DNA of 64,000 nt from positions 2,035,288 to 2,099,287 of the forward strand of contig OZ287695.1 of the NCBI GenBank assembly GCA_965649825.1. The letters run 5' to 3'. The stretch comes from Penicillus capitatus. Taxonomy: Eukaryota; Plantae; Chlorophyta. Under the pieces are notes generated by a model. That model made no database searches, was not told the DNA's origin, and saw only the letters and a list, made by a program, of their open reading frames with translations. A program made the translations under genes and the position numbers. Below are positions 1 to 12,954 of this stretch, one piece after another. The number at the start of each line of letters is the position of its first letter. Within the stretch, counting starts at the first letter, position 1.

Positions 1-710
1 TTGGACCTTCACACAAACAGACAGAGCATGAGAAAACGTCTTTTCAAGGAGGGCTCGTTTACCTGACAATAAAGACACCGTTTTCTGCATCGGCGGGACA
101 CGTAAACGTAGCCTCTCTCTCCGCTTCGGGGTAGACACCGTTGACGAGACATGTGCTCTCGGTTACTGCACTGATCGTAACGTTGTTTCCGATTTCAATC
201 GGGTTATTCACCAAAATGCGTTCGCTGACGTTAAGAAGGAGAACGTCGCCGTCATTCACGCAGTTGATAATGGCCTGTAAATTGTTTCCTGCTTCCACAA
301 GGATGTCGTCGTTGACAAGCCAACTACGAGTGATGTTGCCAAGACAATCTTCCTCTCGTGCGGTCAACGAAGCGCATACGGCGTCTAGGCTCGACAAAAA
401 CCAGAACGCTCCTTCGAGCACGTGCGGACAGCCACAATGCCCTACCTTCGTCGCGGCTTCGCGCATCAACGGGGTTGTCTCTTGATGTCTGCGTTAAACG
501 TCGAGCATACTGACTGTGGAGTGGAAACGTCTCGAGCAAGTGGCCCGAAGCGTGGGAACGAAGGCGCTGTGTTGTGAAGGGCAGTTCTTCACGGTTTTCC
601 GACGCGTATGCCGTCGTTTCAAGATGCGATATCTCCGCGAAGGCATCATTTTGAAGGGCGAACAAGAGTCCGAAGCCCAGAAGCACGAATAGGCGAAGAG
701 ATGACGCCAT
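1..710 (-). CDS. Secreted protein, possibly pectin-lyase/beta-helix-like; partial, continues beyond the window start
   Basis: ATG at 710 gives a signal-peptide-like MASSLRLFVLLGFGLLFALQNDAFA. A GT..AG intron joins it in frame to DAVCASLTAREEDCLG...VNDGDVLLLNVSERILVNNPIEIGNNVTISA, and the next donor is near 61. The fold call is a weak resemblance only. Confidence 0.55.
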
Positions 711-1667
711 GCGAAGCAACATGCGTTGTCAAGTGCATATGAGATATACAACACCCGGCAAATTTAAATCTCTTACGGTTGGCCGTTCGCGGGAATATAC
801 TGCTTGAGGACATAGCACGGGGTGTTGTTTGTCATAGGCCTCTCTCTTTTGCCGCGTATGTGTGCAGCAAGGCTATCTGACTCCATAACAGCGTTCGGTG
901 GGCTCTTGTCAGCACTCCGCGTTTCCGCGGACCGGAGCTTAAAAGAAGTACAATTTGTACCTTGAGCGGCTGACAACCTGCTTCGGAATTCCAAGACGCT
1001 GCTCGAGGCAGTAGAGTGGTAGAAATGTGATGCTCGCGTAGACTTCCCTTCGCATGTCTATGCCCATGCAACGGACGGAGAGGCTCGCAGATTCTTCTTG
1101 CCACGCGGTAAAGGTGCAGCATTCGTGTCAGAATGCACCGGAATGAACGAAAGGATCCTTGGTTAGAACTGTCTCTCTTCTATCATGAAACAATAGCCAT
1201 GTGATGGGCAACATCAAGGACTCTGCGCTCTTACCTTTTCGTGACTTCTGCGGCAGCCACTCTCACCATAACGCTCCATGACACTGTTCATGTCTCTGAA
1301 GTCGAGACGGCTTTGATGGCTGGTGCTTGTCTCACGTCGACTGTTACTTGCTGTCCGCTCATGATGCACGACTCCCCATTCACACGGCTCATTATTTTAG
1401 ATGTAGAATCGCGGTTTTATCCTTGCATTCTCTCAGGTACAGACAACAGGATGTTTAACACAGCCATCAGCAGCGAAGAGATCTGCCTCGATTCTTATTA
1501 GAAACGACAACGCTGAGATGACTTCATCGAGATACCAACAGCGCAATATTCTTAGTATGGCAAGCCGATCGTCTTTTTTGAAGCACTCTTTCGAAGGCGA
1601 CCGATTTCGCGCAATACTTTTGCGCATCAGGCATTCGAAAGAAACGACGTGGTGCACGATCCTGTGT

Positions 1668-2771
1668 TTAAGAAGAAAAGCTCTTGAGTTTGAGAAACGC
1701 CGTTAAGCCGTCTGTCAGTTTTGGAGGCCACCGGCGATACTCCGATAACCATTTCGGATCCGAATACCGCGGATCTTCAACCTTCTCCCATTCCGTCTCG
1801 GCTTCGCCCTCGCGTCCTTCTCTCCACAGAATTGCCACATATGCCGCACGCATGTCTGTAAACTCAGGATACTTCTGCAACAGACTCTGAATCAAACGCG
1901 CCGCCTCTTCTTCCTCTCCTGCGACACAAATCTAAACCAGATCAAGGCGCACAAGGCATAACCCTTCTGGTAGAGTGCGACAGCTTTGTTTGCTTTTGCA
2001 AATGTGAATTCAGGAGCGAGGGCACTCGCGCGAGCGTAATAGTCTGCGGCAGTGGACCAGTCGCCCTTGCCGGCGTATGAATTGGCGAGGTTGTTCCACA
2101 CTGCGGAGCACCCAAACGTCACGTCAACAACGACAGCGACGTTCGTTACCTGCTGGATCGTATGGTGCCACTTTCAGAAGCGATCGATAATCGCGAATGG
2201 CGTCATCGAATTGACCGATGCTCTCAAGAACAACGCCGCGATTCAAAACGGGATCAATGGACCAGGGACATATCTCAATGGCTTTGTTGAAATCCGCAAG
2301 CGCCGCCTCCATTTTTCCTTGACGCGACCTGCAAGCACACGCCACTCGAAAGCCAAACAGTAGAACACCTAACCTTGCATTTCCTCGGTTTGCCAATGCT
2401 CGGCCGACGATCTCGGGAACCCATGGGGCATCGACGGATGCATACGTCTGGATGATTTCTGACCAGATGCGTTCCTCTTCTGCGACATCGGCCGTCTCTA
2501 GTGCATCTTGGAGACGGCGTGCGGCGGCGCGGAGTCGAGGGTCGAACGCGTCATACAGTGACGCATCGGGTGCCAGATCAGGACGCACTTCCACCGGTGC
2601 GACGTCGACTGCCCGAGCATCATGGACTGGAAGAAACGGCACGAGCCATGACAGCACAAATGGACGCCTTTCCATGACACATTCTGCCTTTTTGAATGCG
2701 ATGGGCTGCTCTTTGGGCAGCTGTGAACAACAACGTGCGTTCAGACGAAGGGCGAACACCATACGCTGCAT
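1668..2771 (-). CDS. TPR-repeat protein, probably plastid-targeted (4 exons)
   Basis: TPR segments ALANRGNAR-SRQGKMEAALADFNKAIEICP, VLNRGVVLESIGQFDDAIRDY and WNNLANSYAGKGDWSTAADYY. Three GT-AG introns of 45, 49 and 44 nt give one reading frame ending RRWPPKLTDGLTAFLKLKSFSS*. Confidence 0.88.
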
Positions 2772-2856
2772 GGTACGACACAATTCGCTGGGAGCGTTCT
2801 TTCCTTTCCCTTTAAGACGTTGTTCCTCTACCGTCACTCTCCCTGTGCTCCCCGCC

Positions 2857-4158
2857 ATGTCATCGGATCGATACTTTGAGCACAGCATTCCCGATACTCC
2901 CTACCGTCTACCGATGGACTTGTGGCAGCGGAGTGTGACGGACATGACGGCCCAGCTTCTGAAACACCGAGCCGATGGTTCCGTCATCTATACAGGAAGC
3001 GCTGGCGTCGCTTATGCCCTTCTCCGATTGGCCACGTGCAAAGCAGTGCCGTTTCCAATAGGAGAGACACGTCAAATGACTCGACAGAGTATATGGGACG
3101 CCCTTCTGGAACAGATCGGAGAAGCACTCAGTACTGTACATCGTTCCTCAAGAAGAAGACCCGACGGATCGTTTATCTGCGGACCTGCCGGCGTTTATGC
3201 AACGGGGGCCTTGATTTATCACGAAACGGCAATGAATGGGCGTTCTCACACATCTCAGGACGCTCAGAACCCCGAACGCTATAAACAAGGCCTCGTACAA
3301 CGCCGAGATGAGATGTTAAGAGAGTTCAACGACATGGGCATGCCATTGGCATCCTGTTCAGAAACCCCTTTCAGTTTTCCACAAGACGAAGTGCTCTACG
3401 GCCGCGCAGGATATCTCCTTGGCTCGCTCCATCTGTGCCACATCTCGCCATTGCTGCACAATATCAATCGGTCTATCGTCCAGGCACTCCTGCTCACTGG
3501 CAAAGCTCAGTCGCAGAGTGAACGGCATCCGTGTCCGCTGTATTATGAGTGGCCTTATGGCCATCATCCAAAGCCGTACTTGGGAGCAGCCCATGGACTG
3601 ATCGGCATCTTATACGCCTTATTACACTTCAATGAAGTACTGGAGGAGTTAGGCGAGGAGCAAACCGTCCTCCAAGCACTTCGGTATGTGCTGCAGTGCG
3701 AGGTGGACGCACATGGCCGTCATGGAAAACGTGGTTACTATCCGACGTCACTCTACAATCAACGATCTCCTCTCGTCCACTGGTGTCATGGCTCATGTGG
3801 TGCCGTTTTCCTGTTCTGCAAAGCTTACGAGGTTTTTCGGGATGAAGATTTTCTGCAGGCGGCTGTACGAGCCGGAGAAGTGGTATGGAAGAGAGGATTG
3901 CTGAGGAAAGGCCCTGGTCTCTGTCACGGCGTCTCCGGCAATGGCTATGCTTTGTTGAAGCTGTACAAGATCACTACGGACGAGAAGTACTTGACACGAG
4001 CATCGCGGTTTGCCGAATTTATGTTTTCGGGAAGATTTCGCTTCGCCCGTGTACCAGATCGCCCTTGGTCACTCTATGAAGGATGGGCAGGCGCTCTGTG
4101 TTTTTTGCTTGATTTGGGAGAACCCACCAACGCTGCATTCCCGTTCTTCGAACCCTAG
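2857..4158 (+). CDS. LANCL: LanC-like protein (LanCL/GCR2 family), intronless
   Basis: Motifs DEVLYGRAGYL, YLGAAHGLIGIL, HWCHGSCG, GPGLCHGVSGNGY and SLYEGWAG, with the Zn-ligand Cys/His residues present. Likely start is MSSDRYFEH at 2857; the upstream part of the 2452 ORF is antisense to the TPR gene. Confidence 0.93.
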   Translation: MSSDRYFEHSIPDTPYRLPMDLWQRSVTDMTAQLLKHRADGSVIYTGSAGVAYALLRLATCKAVPFPIGETRQMTRQSIWDALLEQIGEALSTVHRSSRRRPDGSFICGPAGVYATGALIYHETAMNGRSHTSQDAQNPERYKQGLVQRRDEMLREFNDMGMPLASCSETPFSFPQDEVLYGRAGYLLGSLHLCHISPLLHNINRSIVQALLLTGKAQSQSERHPCPLYYEWPYGHHPKPYLGAAHGLIGILYALLHFNEVLEELGEEQTVLQALRYVLQCEVDAHGRHGKRGYYPTSLYNQRSPLVHWCHGSCGAVFLFCKAYEVFRDEDFLQAAVRAGEVVWKRGLLRKGPGLCHGVSGNGYALLKLYKITTDEKYLTRASRFAEFMFSGRFRFARVPDRPWSLYEGWAGALCFLLDLGEPTNAAFPFFEP

Positions 4159-4159
4159 A

Positions 4160-4830
4160 CACGTATTGCTGAGACTCGAAGTCGAATGCGTAAAGCCGCC
4201 TGCTACCAGATCACCACTTTCTTCTAACTCCCTTCGCTCTGAACGGCACTGTTGCAGTCGCGTCGCCAGTCGGCCGTCTTTGGCGTCTTTTCTGATTGGT
4301 TCGAGAGAAACGACGTCGGCGACGGCATCGCTGCTCTGCTTCGACAGAATAACACGCTGTACATCTTTCTCAACGAATTCCTCCTGGAATGTCTGTTTTA
4401 GGGATGAAGAGACAGCGCCTACGGGGCACGTTTAAGATAGCGCGATACTGTTCATCACTCGACCTTTTGCGCCTTTCGTCTGCTGTCTCTGCCAGACACC
4501 TGCAGCGACCCCTACCAAATCGTCTTCTTTTTGCAGGACATTGGATGATTCAGGCGGCAATGGCGTCGACGTGATGGACGGTATGTGCGAATAGGCAAAC
4601 ACGCCATGCTGGATGTCGTTTATTTCGAAGGATGCGGCGTGCGACGCATCAGTCTCTTGTAGCAGACGCCCTTGTAAACGGTTTTCCGCGTCTTTCCCAA
4701 TGAGATATTTCTCTGCGCATGCCACGTCAACTGCAGCGCACAGCAGAACAAATAAAAAAGATAGACAAAGCAGGGAGCTGCATGAAAATTCGAACCAAGG
4801 AAGAAAACAGTGGTACAGAGGAAGATCCAT
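4160..4830 (-). CDS. Hypothetical secreted or membrane-anchored protein; exon structure and 3' end unresolved
   Basis: Hydrophobic N-terminus (SLLCLSFLFVLLCAAVDVACA) in ORF 4432-4872, plus a further open segment (QTFQEEFVEKDVQRVIL...) downstream. No family recognised. Confidence 0.3.
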
Positions 4831-5000
4831 GCGCAGCGTGTCGTTGTCATCTCGACAAACCCGCTTCACCAAACCGTAAGGATCCCGATAACGTGGTCTT
4901 GAGTGCGAGCCACTCGTTTGACGCTTTGTCTACTCTTTTCCCCGAGAGAGGTATCAAAAGATCAGCTGCCGTTTTGGCGAGGAGAGGTAATCCTCGGACG

Positions 5001-6409
5001 ATGGCAGATAAGTATACGTTTCGCCGCCCGATAAGACTCCCGTATCGTCATCATTCTTGGCCAGTCCGACGGTACATGTCACACGCACGTGGCAGTATGG
5101 CGGCCACAACATTGAATGCTTTTGTGTATCTCAACGGCACCTCCGTCAGCCACAATGACAAACGGTCGGCGCAACAACTCCTGAAGTCGCTGCCCAAAGG
5201 CGCCTACACAAGCTTGCGCGTGGAAAAACTCAGAAACGTTCTCGACTGGAGATATCACCTTAACCGACTGAACAAGTCTTGCCCTCGCATTTCCCCTTAT
5301 TCTCTACAAGACACATCTTTTCGATCAGTTCTGTGCAGCTTTTGGCGGACCATGCACCTGAATCTTATCCCAAAGTACATCGCCTAGGGTTTTCCTCAGA
5401 AGTTCGTTTCTCCAGACAGTCATCTCTTTTGTGTGACCGTCTTTTGGCGCAGTCGCTAGAAAGGAAGGTTGCAAAGTCTCTTCAAGAAGCTCTGCTGGAT
5501 ATGGAGGCAAAAACAGTGATGCCTGAAGAACGTCCAGATCAGCTTGTGGTTTTGTTGATTACACCGGCAAAGGATGAAGATGCGGATTCCATTGGCGATG
5601 TTTATGCACATGTGCGGCATGCTCCAGACATAGGCTCCGTTGCACAACCGATTCAGGTCTGACAATGATCGCCAACAGGGCCCCCATCACACAGTTGATG
5701 GGCGTTAGGTGTGGGTACAAGGTGAAGGACGCTCTTTGCCAGAGGCCAAGTATTCCAAATGGATCACGGATCGGATTCCTCTGGAAGAGCAGAAACCGAC
5801 AGAATGCCAAGAGGTCGATTCAAAGATCCCAAGGCCGTTGCTCTGGCTGACTGCATTCGGCAGGTGGTCTTGAGAAACGACCAGGGTGGTCTGCTGGAAG
5901 GACTCACATCGAGTTTCTATGTCATCAAACGTATCGTTGTTACCTCATCAACCGGATGGATGACCATGAGTGATTGTAGGTACAAGAAACGGCGATGTGT
6001 TACAGACAGCCAGTGTTCATGACGGAATCCTGGCTGGAACATTTCGTCATGTCTTGCTGCGGGCACTCAAGGCATCATCTCTGCCGTTAGCCATTGACGA
6101 AACGTGTCCTCTTCTATCTGAATCGTCATCTTGGACCGAGGCCTTCATTTCCAACAGGTAATCTCACACTTGTCCTTCGATGTGTGAGAATACCAATGAC
6201 ATGATATGATCGTGTAGTTTAACTGGAATTCGTCCTATTGGCAAAATCGTTGTCGCGTCAGGTCGTGCACTTCGGTGTGCCTTTCTCGTTACGGAGTGCA
6301 TCTAGGCGATGGAGACGTGGTGTTCAAAGAGGTTCCGGGACCGTACACAATGGAGTTGATGCGAATGACGAGTGCCATGCACGAACGCACAGCTATTCAG
6401 GATCTCTAA
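5001..6409 (+). CDS. Class IV PLP-dependent aminotransferase-like protein (D-amino acid aminotransferase/ADC lyase family)
   Basis: Spliced segments KGAYTSLR..LDWRYHLNRL, LLEGLTSSFYV, GILAGTFRHVLL and EAFISN-SLTGIRPI; last exon ends AIQDL* at 6409. Confidence 0.8.
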
Positions 6410-6573
6410 GACCTCACCATAATCATCGAATTCCTTAAACTTCAAAGAAAAATCTACTCGAGCACTTAATCAGAAAAGCTCTCACTCAAATCACAGAAAC
6501 CAACACAATCATGCACATCTAAAACGCCCTTTACGAAAAAATGACGCGATCGATGCCTGATGCCGGGCTAGCG

Positions 6574-8067
6574 CTAGATGAGGATATGATTTTGCATAAA
6601 ACGTTGCCGGAGAAGACAGTAGTTTGCATACTGCACCCACCAGGAATGCAGTTGAACCACGCGGCTCTGCATCTGAGTTTCAGCAGAGGATACAAAACTC
6701 CAAAACGGCGTTGTCCTGCCGATGTTTCTCTGCAGGACCGGTCGGTTGGGTACGGTTATCTGTCGCTGTGCCCAAACAGGAAGCGGCTTCTCTTCTAACT
6801 CTGCCCACAGATGCGCCATCCTACGTCCTGTCATCCAACAGATGTCTTGATTTCGTAACGATCGTCATTTTATACCTATCTTGTGTGCAATGGCCCGGTA
6901 GAGTTCTCGATCTGTCCATCCTATGTGCTCCGCCATCTCAATCACGTCGCCAAAGGTAATTGGCTCCCCCACCACCACACGGACCTTCACACGGAGTCCA
7001 TCCATCAACCGTCCGATCTCAGAATGACCGCTCTGTGTACTTTGTTACCCATTTTGGGTAAGACAGAACCCGATGGCATGACATCCTGCATCCCCGAATG
7101 CACAAAAGGTATCACCACTGGCAGTCGATCGCAATTGGCCACCAGTTTTCCGATGCCCTCTCTGGGAGGCAACAGTTCTCCTGTGCGACTCCTTGTCCCC
7201 TCTGTAAAGGATGGGTGTACAGATCGGCATGGAGTGATAGTAGTGTTACCCGGGAAAATGTGAATCCAATCGCCCTCGTTTAGTCGATTCTCTGCAGCAC
7301 GCATACCCAACTGATGTAACCCGCCTCCTCTCTCGACCGGCAGCACCTTGACTGCACGAAAGAAGTATGTCAATGCTTCGCTCGAAAAACATCGGTCCGT
7401 TGCACAGATCGTCCAACTGTCATAACGAAACTGCCTGTCACATCATTTCGCACAGTCAAAAACGCACCGGACATTGCTGGGATGCAGCATGAGTGAAGAT
7501 GGCACCAGTGTTGCCGTCACCACGGGATCATCGATCGAAGCTACGTGATTGGAAACAGTAATCAGCGGCTGTCCCTTCTCTCGGTGCAGGGCTCGATGCA
7601 AATGCTCCTCTCCACGAATCACCGTTTCATTGCCGAAGGACATAAAGATTTTGCTGATGGCCCCCACTCCCAAAATCAATGACGTCTATCACAGGTAAAC
7701 GAGAATTCAGTTGATCCATCTGATCGCGATGTGACAGATGTACACGAAGAATGCCATCCTGTCCAAAGAGCTCCTGCATTTCTGGATGCTGTATCGGTTT
7801 TCGCTCAGGAGCTCTGCGGAAAACGTGTCGCAGTGTCAGGGTCCCTCTCTTGTATTCCCTCAAACGCGTCGCCTTCTCTTTTAAGCGATGGACGGCGCGC
7901 CACGGATTCCATCCGGTCCGATTGAGCAGCGTTCGGGCACGCAGTCGTATCAGCAGTTTTGAGTTTCGCCGAGGACGTCGCGACGCGTCGTCTAGGTACC
8001 CTCGCGACGAAAGTTTGGCCAGAAATGCACGATAGCCGTGCAAGAGAGATGCATGTAGAAGTGGCAT
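6574..8067 (-). CDS. TAZ: Tafazzin-like phospholipid acyltransferase
   Basis: LITVSNHVASIDDP (HxxxxD motif), LPVERGGG, WIHIFP-EGTRS and VIPFVHSGMQDVMP. Start and end are approximate. Confidence 0.88.
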
Positions 8068-8099
8068 TGCTCAACGGCGGCGTCTTCGTTGTCGTACAG

Positions 8100-9770
8100 A
8101 TGGATATCCTATCGTCTGCTCTCTGTCATGCCACTCGACGTGCCCTCATCATCGGCAACGCTTCTTATACGTAAGCATCACGTGAAGGGACGTATGAAGT
8201 GACGTCTGGGTAGCTACCGCGAACTTCTGCGTGAGGCATGTGGCGTCGCTCATCGACTCGAGCGTCTGAGCGTGACGCGGAGGGAGAAATGGGGTCCACG
8301 GATCGGACTCTGCCTGCGACCGAGTGTCGAGTACATCGCGGCGACGTGGGGAACGTGGATCGCTGGTGGGATCGTCGTTCCGTTGAACCCGTCCCAGACG
8401 CCTTATGAGTTAAAGCGTGTCGTACAGGACGCCTCGATTGCCCTTGTACGTCAGCTGTCACATCACGATCGGATCTCACACTGTGTGGCATCGAAGGTAT
8501 TGACCCACGCAGAGAATCGCCCCGTGCTTCCCTCTCTCGCCGAGACGCGCATTGGAGAGATGCCCTTCGGAGAAGAGGTTTCGTTGACAGTTCCTCGGCT
8601 GCCGAATGCAGAGGATGGGGCGTTGCTGCTATACACGAGTGGCACGACGGGACAACCAAAAGGCGCCTTGCACACGCACCGCAGCATCAATGCCCAGATG
8701 CAGAGTCTCTCAGAAGCATGGGAATGGCAGAAGGAAGATGTCCTGGTACATGGGTTGCCTCTGCATCACATTCACGGCATCGTCAATGCACTGTACACGG
8801 CGCATCGAAACGGCGCATGTGTGCACCTCCTTCCTCGTTTCTCCCCGAGTCTCGTCTGGTCGACCATTCAAGTACGACGCCGTCATGCCTTCACCATGTC
8901 CAAAACTCCTGATATTGAGATTAGGGAGGAGAGAGCACGCTGTTCATGGGTGTGCCGACGATGTACACACATTTGCTGTCGTGTTATCGGGGGAAGGAAG
9001 CTGCCGAGAAGTTGCTGTTGCAAGAAGCGGCTCGAAAAATGCGACTGTTTGTCTGCGGCTCTTCTGCCTGTCCCGTCTCGATCATGAAGCAATGGCGAGA
9101 AGTTTCCGGGCATTGGCTTCTCGAACGCTACGGCATGACAGAGATTGGCATGGCTCTCTCGAATCCACTACACGTAATCCCATCCCCTCTTCTCACACAT
9201 CTCACTCTTTTACAGGGAGAACGACGACTAGGATACGTTGGTATACCTCTCTCGGGTGTTTCTGTAAAGGCAGCGACGTCGTCGACTGAGGACGCATTCG
9301 GGGAACTCTATGTCAAAGGCCCCACACTGTTTTCTGAATACTGGGGTAACGCAAAGGCGACCAAAGAAGCTTTCGATTCAGAGGGGTACTTCAAAACGGG
9401 TGACATGGTGATAGAGGAAGGCGATCCCCCTTACTTTCGGATGATGGGCCGGCTGTCGGCTGACATCATCAAGAGTGGCGGTTATAAACTCTCTGCCATT
9501 GAAATTGAGAATGCATTGCTTGAACACCCTGCCGTTCAAGAATGCAGCGTTGTGGGATTGCCGGACGATGTCTACGGCGAGACCATTGTCGCCGTGATTC
9601 GGGTGTGCGAAAAAGATCCCCCATCCGATGCAGATCTTTTGCAGTTTTGCCGCTGTCGGCTGGCTAAGTACAAGCTGCCGAGGCGACTGATACGACTCGA
9701 TACGATTCCACGCAACGCTTTGGGTAAAGTGAACAAAAAAGATCTCCGTTCTCATATCGAGAAACGGTGA
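8100..9770 (+). CDS. Malonate--CoA ligase-type acyl-CoA synthetase (ACSF3/AAE13-like)
   Basis: AMP-binding motif LLYTSGTTGQPKG, plus LPLHHIHG, LERYGMTE, YFKTGD, DIIKSGGYKLSAIEIE and IPRNALGKVNK. First exon is MDILSSALCH..ASY, then intron, then YRELL. Confidence 0.9.
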
Positions 9771-9800
9771 TCCGTGGACGTGCGTCCGCCGTCATTCCAA

Positions 9801-11051
9801 ATGAAAATTTTCACCCAGATCGAAGATATCCGGGCTTTCTCACGCGACGCTCGACGCAATGGACGTCGCATAGGTTTCGTTCCAACGATGGTGTGAGATA
9901 CCGGCTGCGGACAGGTGTCTCTCCACTGACGCTTTTATCTAGGGCTGCCTTCACGAAGGGCACTTATCCCTTGTTCGAATTGCAAAGTACGCTCGCTCAC
10001 TGTGGCGTACGTATCTGACTCGGATGTCCATCCGCGGCAGAGAACACAGCGATCTGGTCATTGCCTCAATCTACGTGAATCCCAAACAAGTACGCACGGC
10101 ATGGATCTGTTGGAGTCCGATGGTGGAGGCAATGCACAGTTTGCAGCGCACGAAGATTTCGACAGGTATCCTTCAGAAAAGGAGGAGGACAGAGAGAAGC
10201 TCAGAAAAGAGGGCTGCGATGCCGTTTTCGAACCGCAATCCCTCTACTCCAACGGAAATAAGACATATCGATCGGAAACAGAAAACGATTTATCGTTCGT
10301 GGTGGGAAATCGGCAGCCAGACAACAGCGCCTACCAAACCTATGTCACGGTAGGACAGCAGCACCAACGTTGCCTGTAGTATTGGATGCTTGTCAGCTCG
10401 AGCATCTGGAGAAGACATTGTGCGGTATCACACGTCCACACTTTTTTAGAGGAGTGGCTACGGTGCGTGCTGCCGTTTGTTTTTTGGCTTGGTTGTGACG
10501 TGCATTGAAACGAACTAGGCCGTGACGAAGCTGTTTCACATTGTGGAGCCAGATGTCGCTGTCTTTGGTCTGAAAGACTATCAGCAATATCGGGTCATCA
10601 AGACGATGGTCCGTGAACTCGATTTTGGTATTGAGATCGTTGGCGGGCCCATTCAAAGAGAACCGGATGGATTGGCCATGAGCAGGTGACGATCTCGTTC
10701 ACACCTGTGTGCTTACCCTTGAGCGTTTGCAGTCGGAATGTCTTGCTGCATGACGAAGCGCGGCCCAAATGCGTCGTTCTCCATGAGAGCCTTAAATGGG
10801 CCGAGAAGGAGGTGCAGACACGGCAGTGCTCACTGGATCAGTTGATCCAAGAGATCCGGAAACGGATTACGGAAGAGGGAGGAAAAGTGGACTACGTCAA
10901 AGTTGTCGATCCAGAGACCTTAGAAGATAAAAAAGATCTCCAGGACACCGCATCGATCGTCATCGCTGTCGCGGCATTCTTCATCAACAAAGCCCAACAG
11001 CCAGAGGTGCGACTGATCGACAACATTCTCGTCACTCTTCCAAAGACATAG
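9801..11051 (+). CDS. panC: Pantoate--beta-alanine ligase (pantothenate synthetase)
   Basis: [18 protein letters not shown] (HxGH motif), [17 protein letters not shown] and RLIDNI across short introns. Confidence 0.95.
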
Positions 11052-11072
11052 AAACGCGAACGTCGTTTTTTG

Positions 11073-12846
11073 CTAAACGGACATTTTGTTCATTGGGGCA
11101 CCGTGCTCTTCTTGAACGGCGTTTTGCAAATCTGCCACGAATTGCTGGAAGCAGTGGAGATAGGGCGACAGTGCTGTCTCTTCTTTGTCTCTCTGTGGTA
11201 TACCCATCGTATAGTGGAATGAGGAGGTATTCTGTTTTGTTACCTGATGATCGTGGAAGTTCTCGTTAAGCTCGTCGTACAGTTCGCGAACCGTCGGTAC
11301 CGTCTCTGGATTGAATTCCCAGAGATTCTCTCGTGGGATCGGTACACAGATCCTCCCCGTCTTAGGATGCACACAGAACGGCGCCTAATGTGCAGCTTAG
11401 CTCGTCGCCAGTCACATCATTTCGATCTCTCCTCACTTTGAGCAAATGATTCTTCGTTTTGGAAACCATAATGTCCAATCGGGGATAGACGTGTGCCAAA
11501 ATGACGCGGTCGCGATTCTGGACCAATTCCTCTGCCTTTCTCCTTTCGTCCTGTTTGGCTGTCTGTCATTGATCACGACATCAAAGAGCGGATCTCGACG
11601 GCGAATGTCGTACCAGTTTCTCAATCTCTCTCTCAATGCAATGCCACGTATGCTCGTTGATGTCTTCAATATTCTTAGAAGACTTCTGAGAAACGCTGTT
11701 TCGTATTCTTGTATCGCCCAAGGTGGCGTAGATCGTCTCTGCATGTCTCTCGCTTTCAAACAGTTGCTGCTCCGGCAGAATTCTCTAAACCAGCTCCATC
11801 GTTTTCCTATCGTCCTCAACATGGAGCCTTACGTCCACCCAGATCTCGCTACAGATGTGGAGGGCTCTTTCTATCGAGGGATGCGCTCGATTTGTGAAAC
11901 TCAGTTTTGCGCGGCCTTTCTGCTGTCCCTTGTAAACAGCCAAGAAATCGGCCACGGCACTTCTTTGTCTGTCTGAGAGCTTCCGTGCCCTTCCTCACCA
12001 AACAACAGTCGCTCGGATCGCCTGTTAGTGTGCACAGCTCAGAATCACCTCGCATCGCACACCCAGCAATGAATCCCGCGTCTTCCGGAATAGACCCATA
12101 GAATGTGCCGAAATCCAAAATCCTCTCTCAAACTAAAATCCATCACCTGAAGCAAAGAGTGAGACATCACACTTTTTATCTGAAGAAGGAGACCAGTATA
12201 GCGGCTGCCATGTATGCCCAATCTTTGTGACACACTTTTCCTTCGCTGCAGCACGTCCGGACATCGTCATACTCATCCATATCAATATCAAACACCAATT
12301 CACGCTCTTTGCAGAAGAACCCATCGCCCATTCCTGCACACCATAAGACTCATCTATCCAGTCATGATGGTGAAGGATGGCCTGTATAGGTGGAGCGCTG
12401 GCTGGGATCGACATTGTAGATCCCACCGATGTCCAGTTTCTGAGGACATCGATGCACCAGGAACTCACGCAGAGCTCGGGCATGCTGTCCGACAGATGAT
12501 ATCAGTAGGGATCCGAGGTGGAAGTGTGACCTGAAAAGACAGGTAGCGTGCGAAGACTCCGGCAGAATCGGAGAAAGCAAATTCACGGCAACTCAGTGAC
12601 TGATCGGCTCCGACGTGCCCATCATCTACTGCGCCCTTTATGATAAGACAGCATAGGTGTATCGAGGGACGTTACCTTTATCGTAGGCCAGCCACTGAAC
12701 GAACGTCTCTGCCGGAAACAAACGATCTACGTCAACAACCGTCACTTGGGCGATGCCTATCGCACTCAGAGACACGGACCGTAGTAGACACGTAGAAAAT
12801 CGTCGTGCACGATAGGAAGCGTCAGGCTCCTTTTCTGCTCGTCCAT
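11073..12846 (-). CDS. PRI1: DNA primase small (catalytic) subunit
   Basis: [34 protein letters not shown]-type segment, LVFDIDMD-type acidic motif, [16 protein letters not shown] and [11 protein letters not shown]. Confidence 0.93.
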
Positions 12847-12954
12847 CTCCGCGTTCTCTGCCAGAAAATGACGAAATGAAAGTGATGGCGCCATTTGTTT
12901 GGGTCAGGGGCTTTTGTCGTCAGTGTCTTCGATACCTTGCATCGTCCTGTCTCT

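Noticed and set aside
773-1660. Short ORFs between the first gene and the TPR gene, including a test of TAA/TAG=Gln recoding
   Set aside because: No consistent spliced model or motif. TAA and TAG clearly act as stops in rps10, LanCL, primase and others, so a non-standard code is not supported.
2452-2856. Apparent 135-aa N-terminal extension of the LanC-like ORF
   Set aside because: It is the antisense reading of the TPR gene's first exon. LanCL similarity only begins at MSSDRYF (2857).
2857-4158. LanC gene as a sign of a lanthipeptide cluster
   Set aside because: No LanB/LanM or precursor peptide nearby. Stand-alone LanCL/GCR2 genes are normal in eukaryotes.
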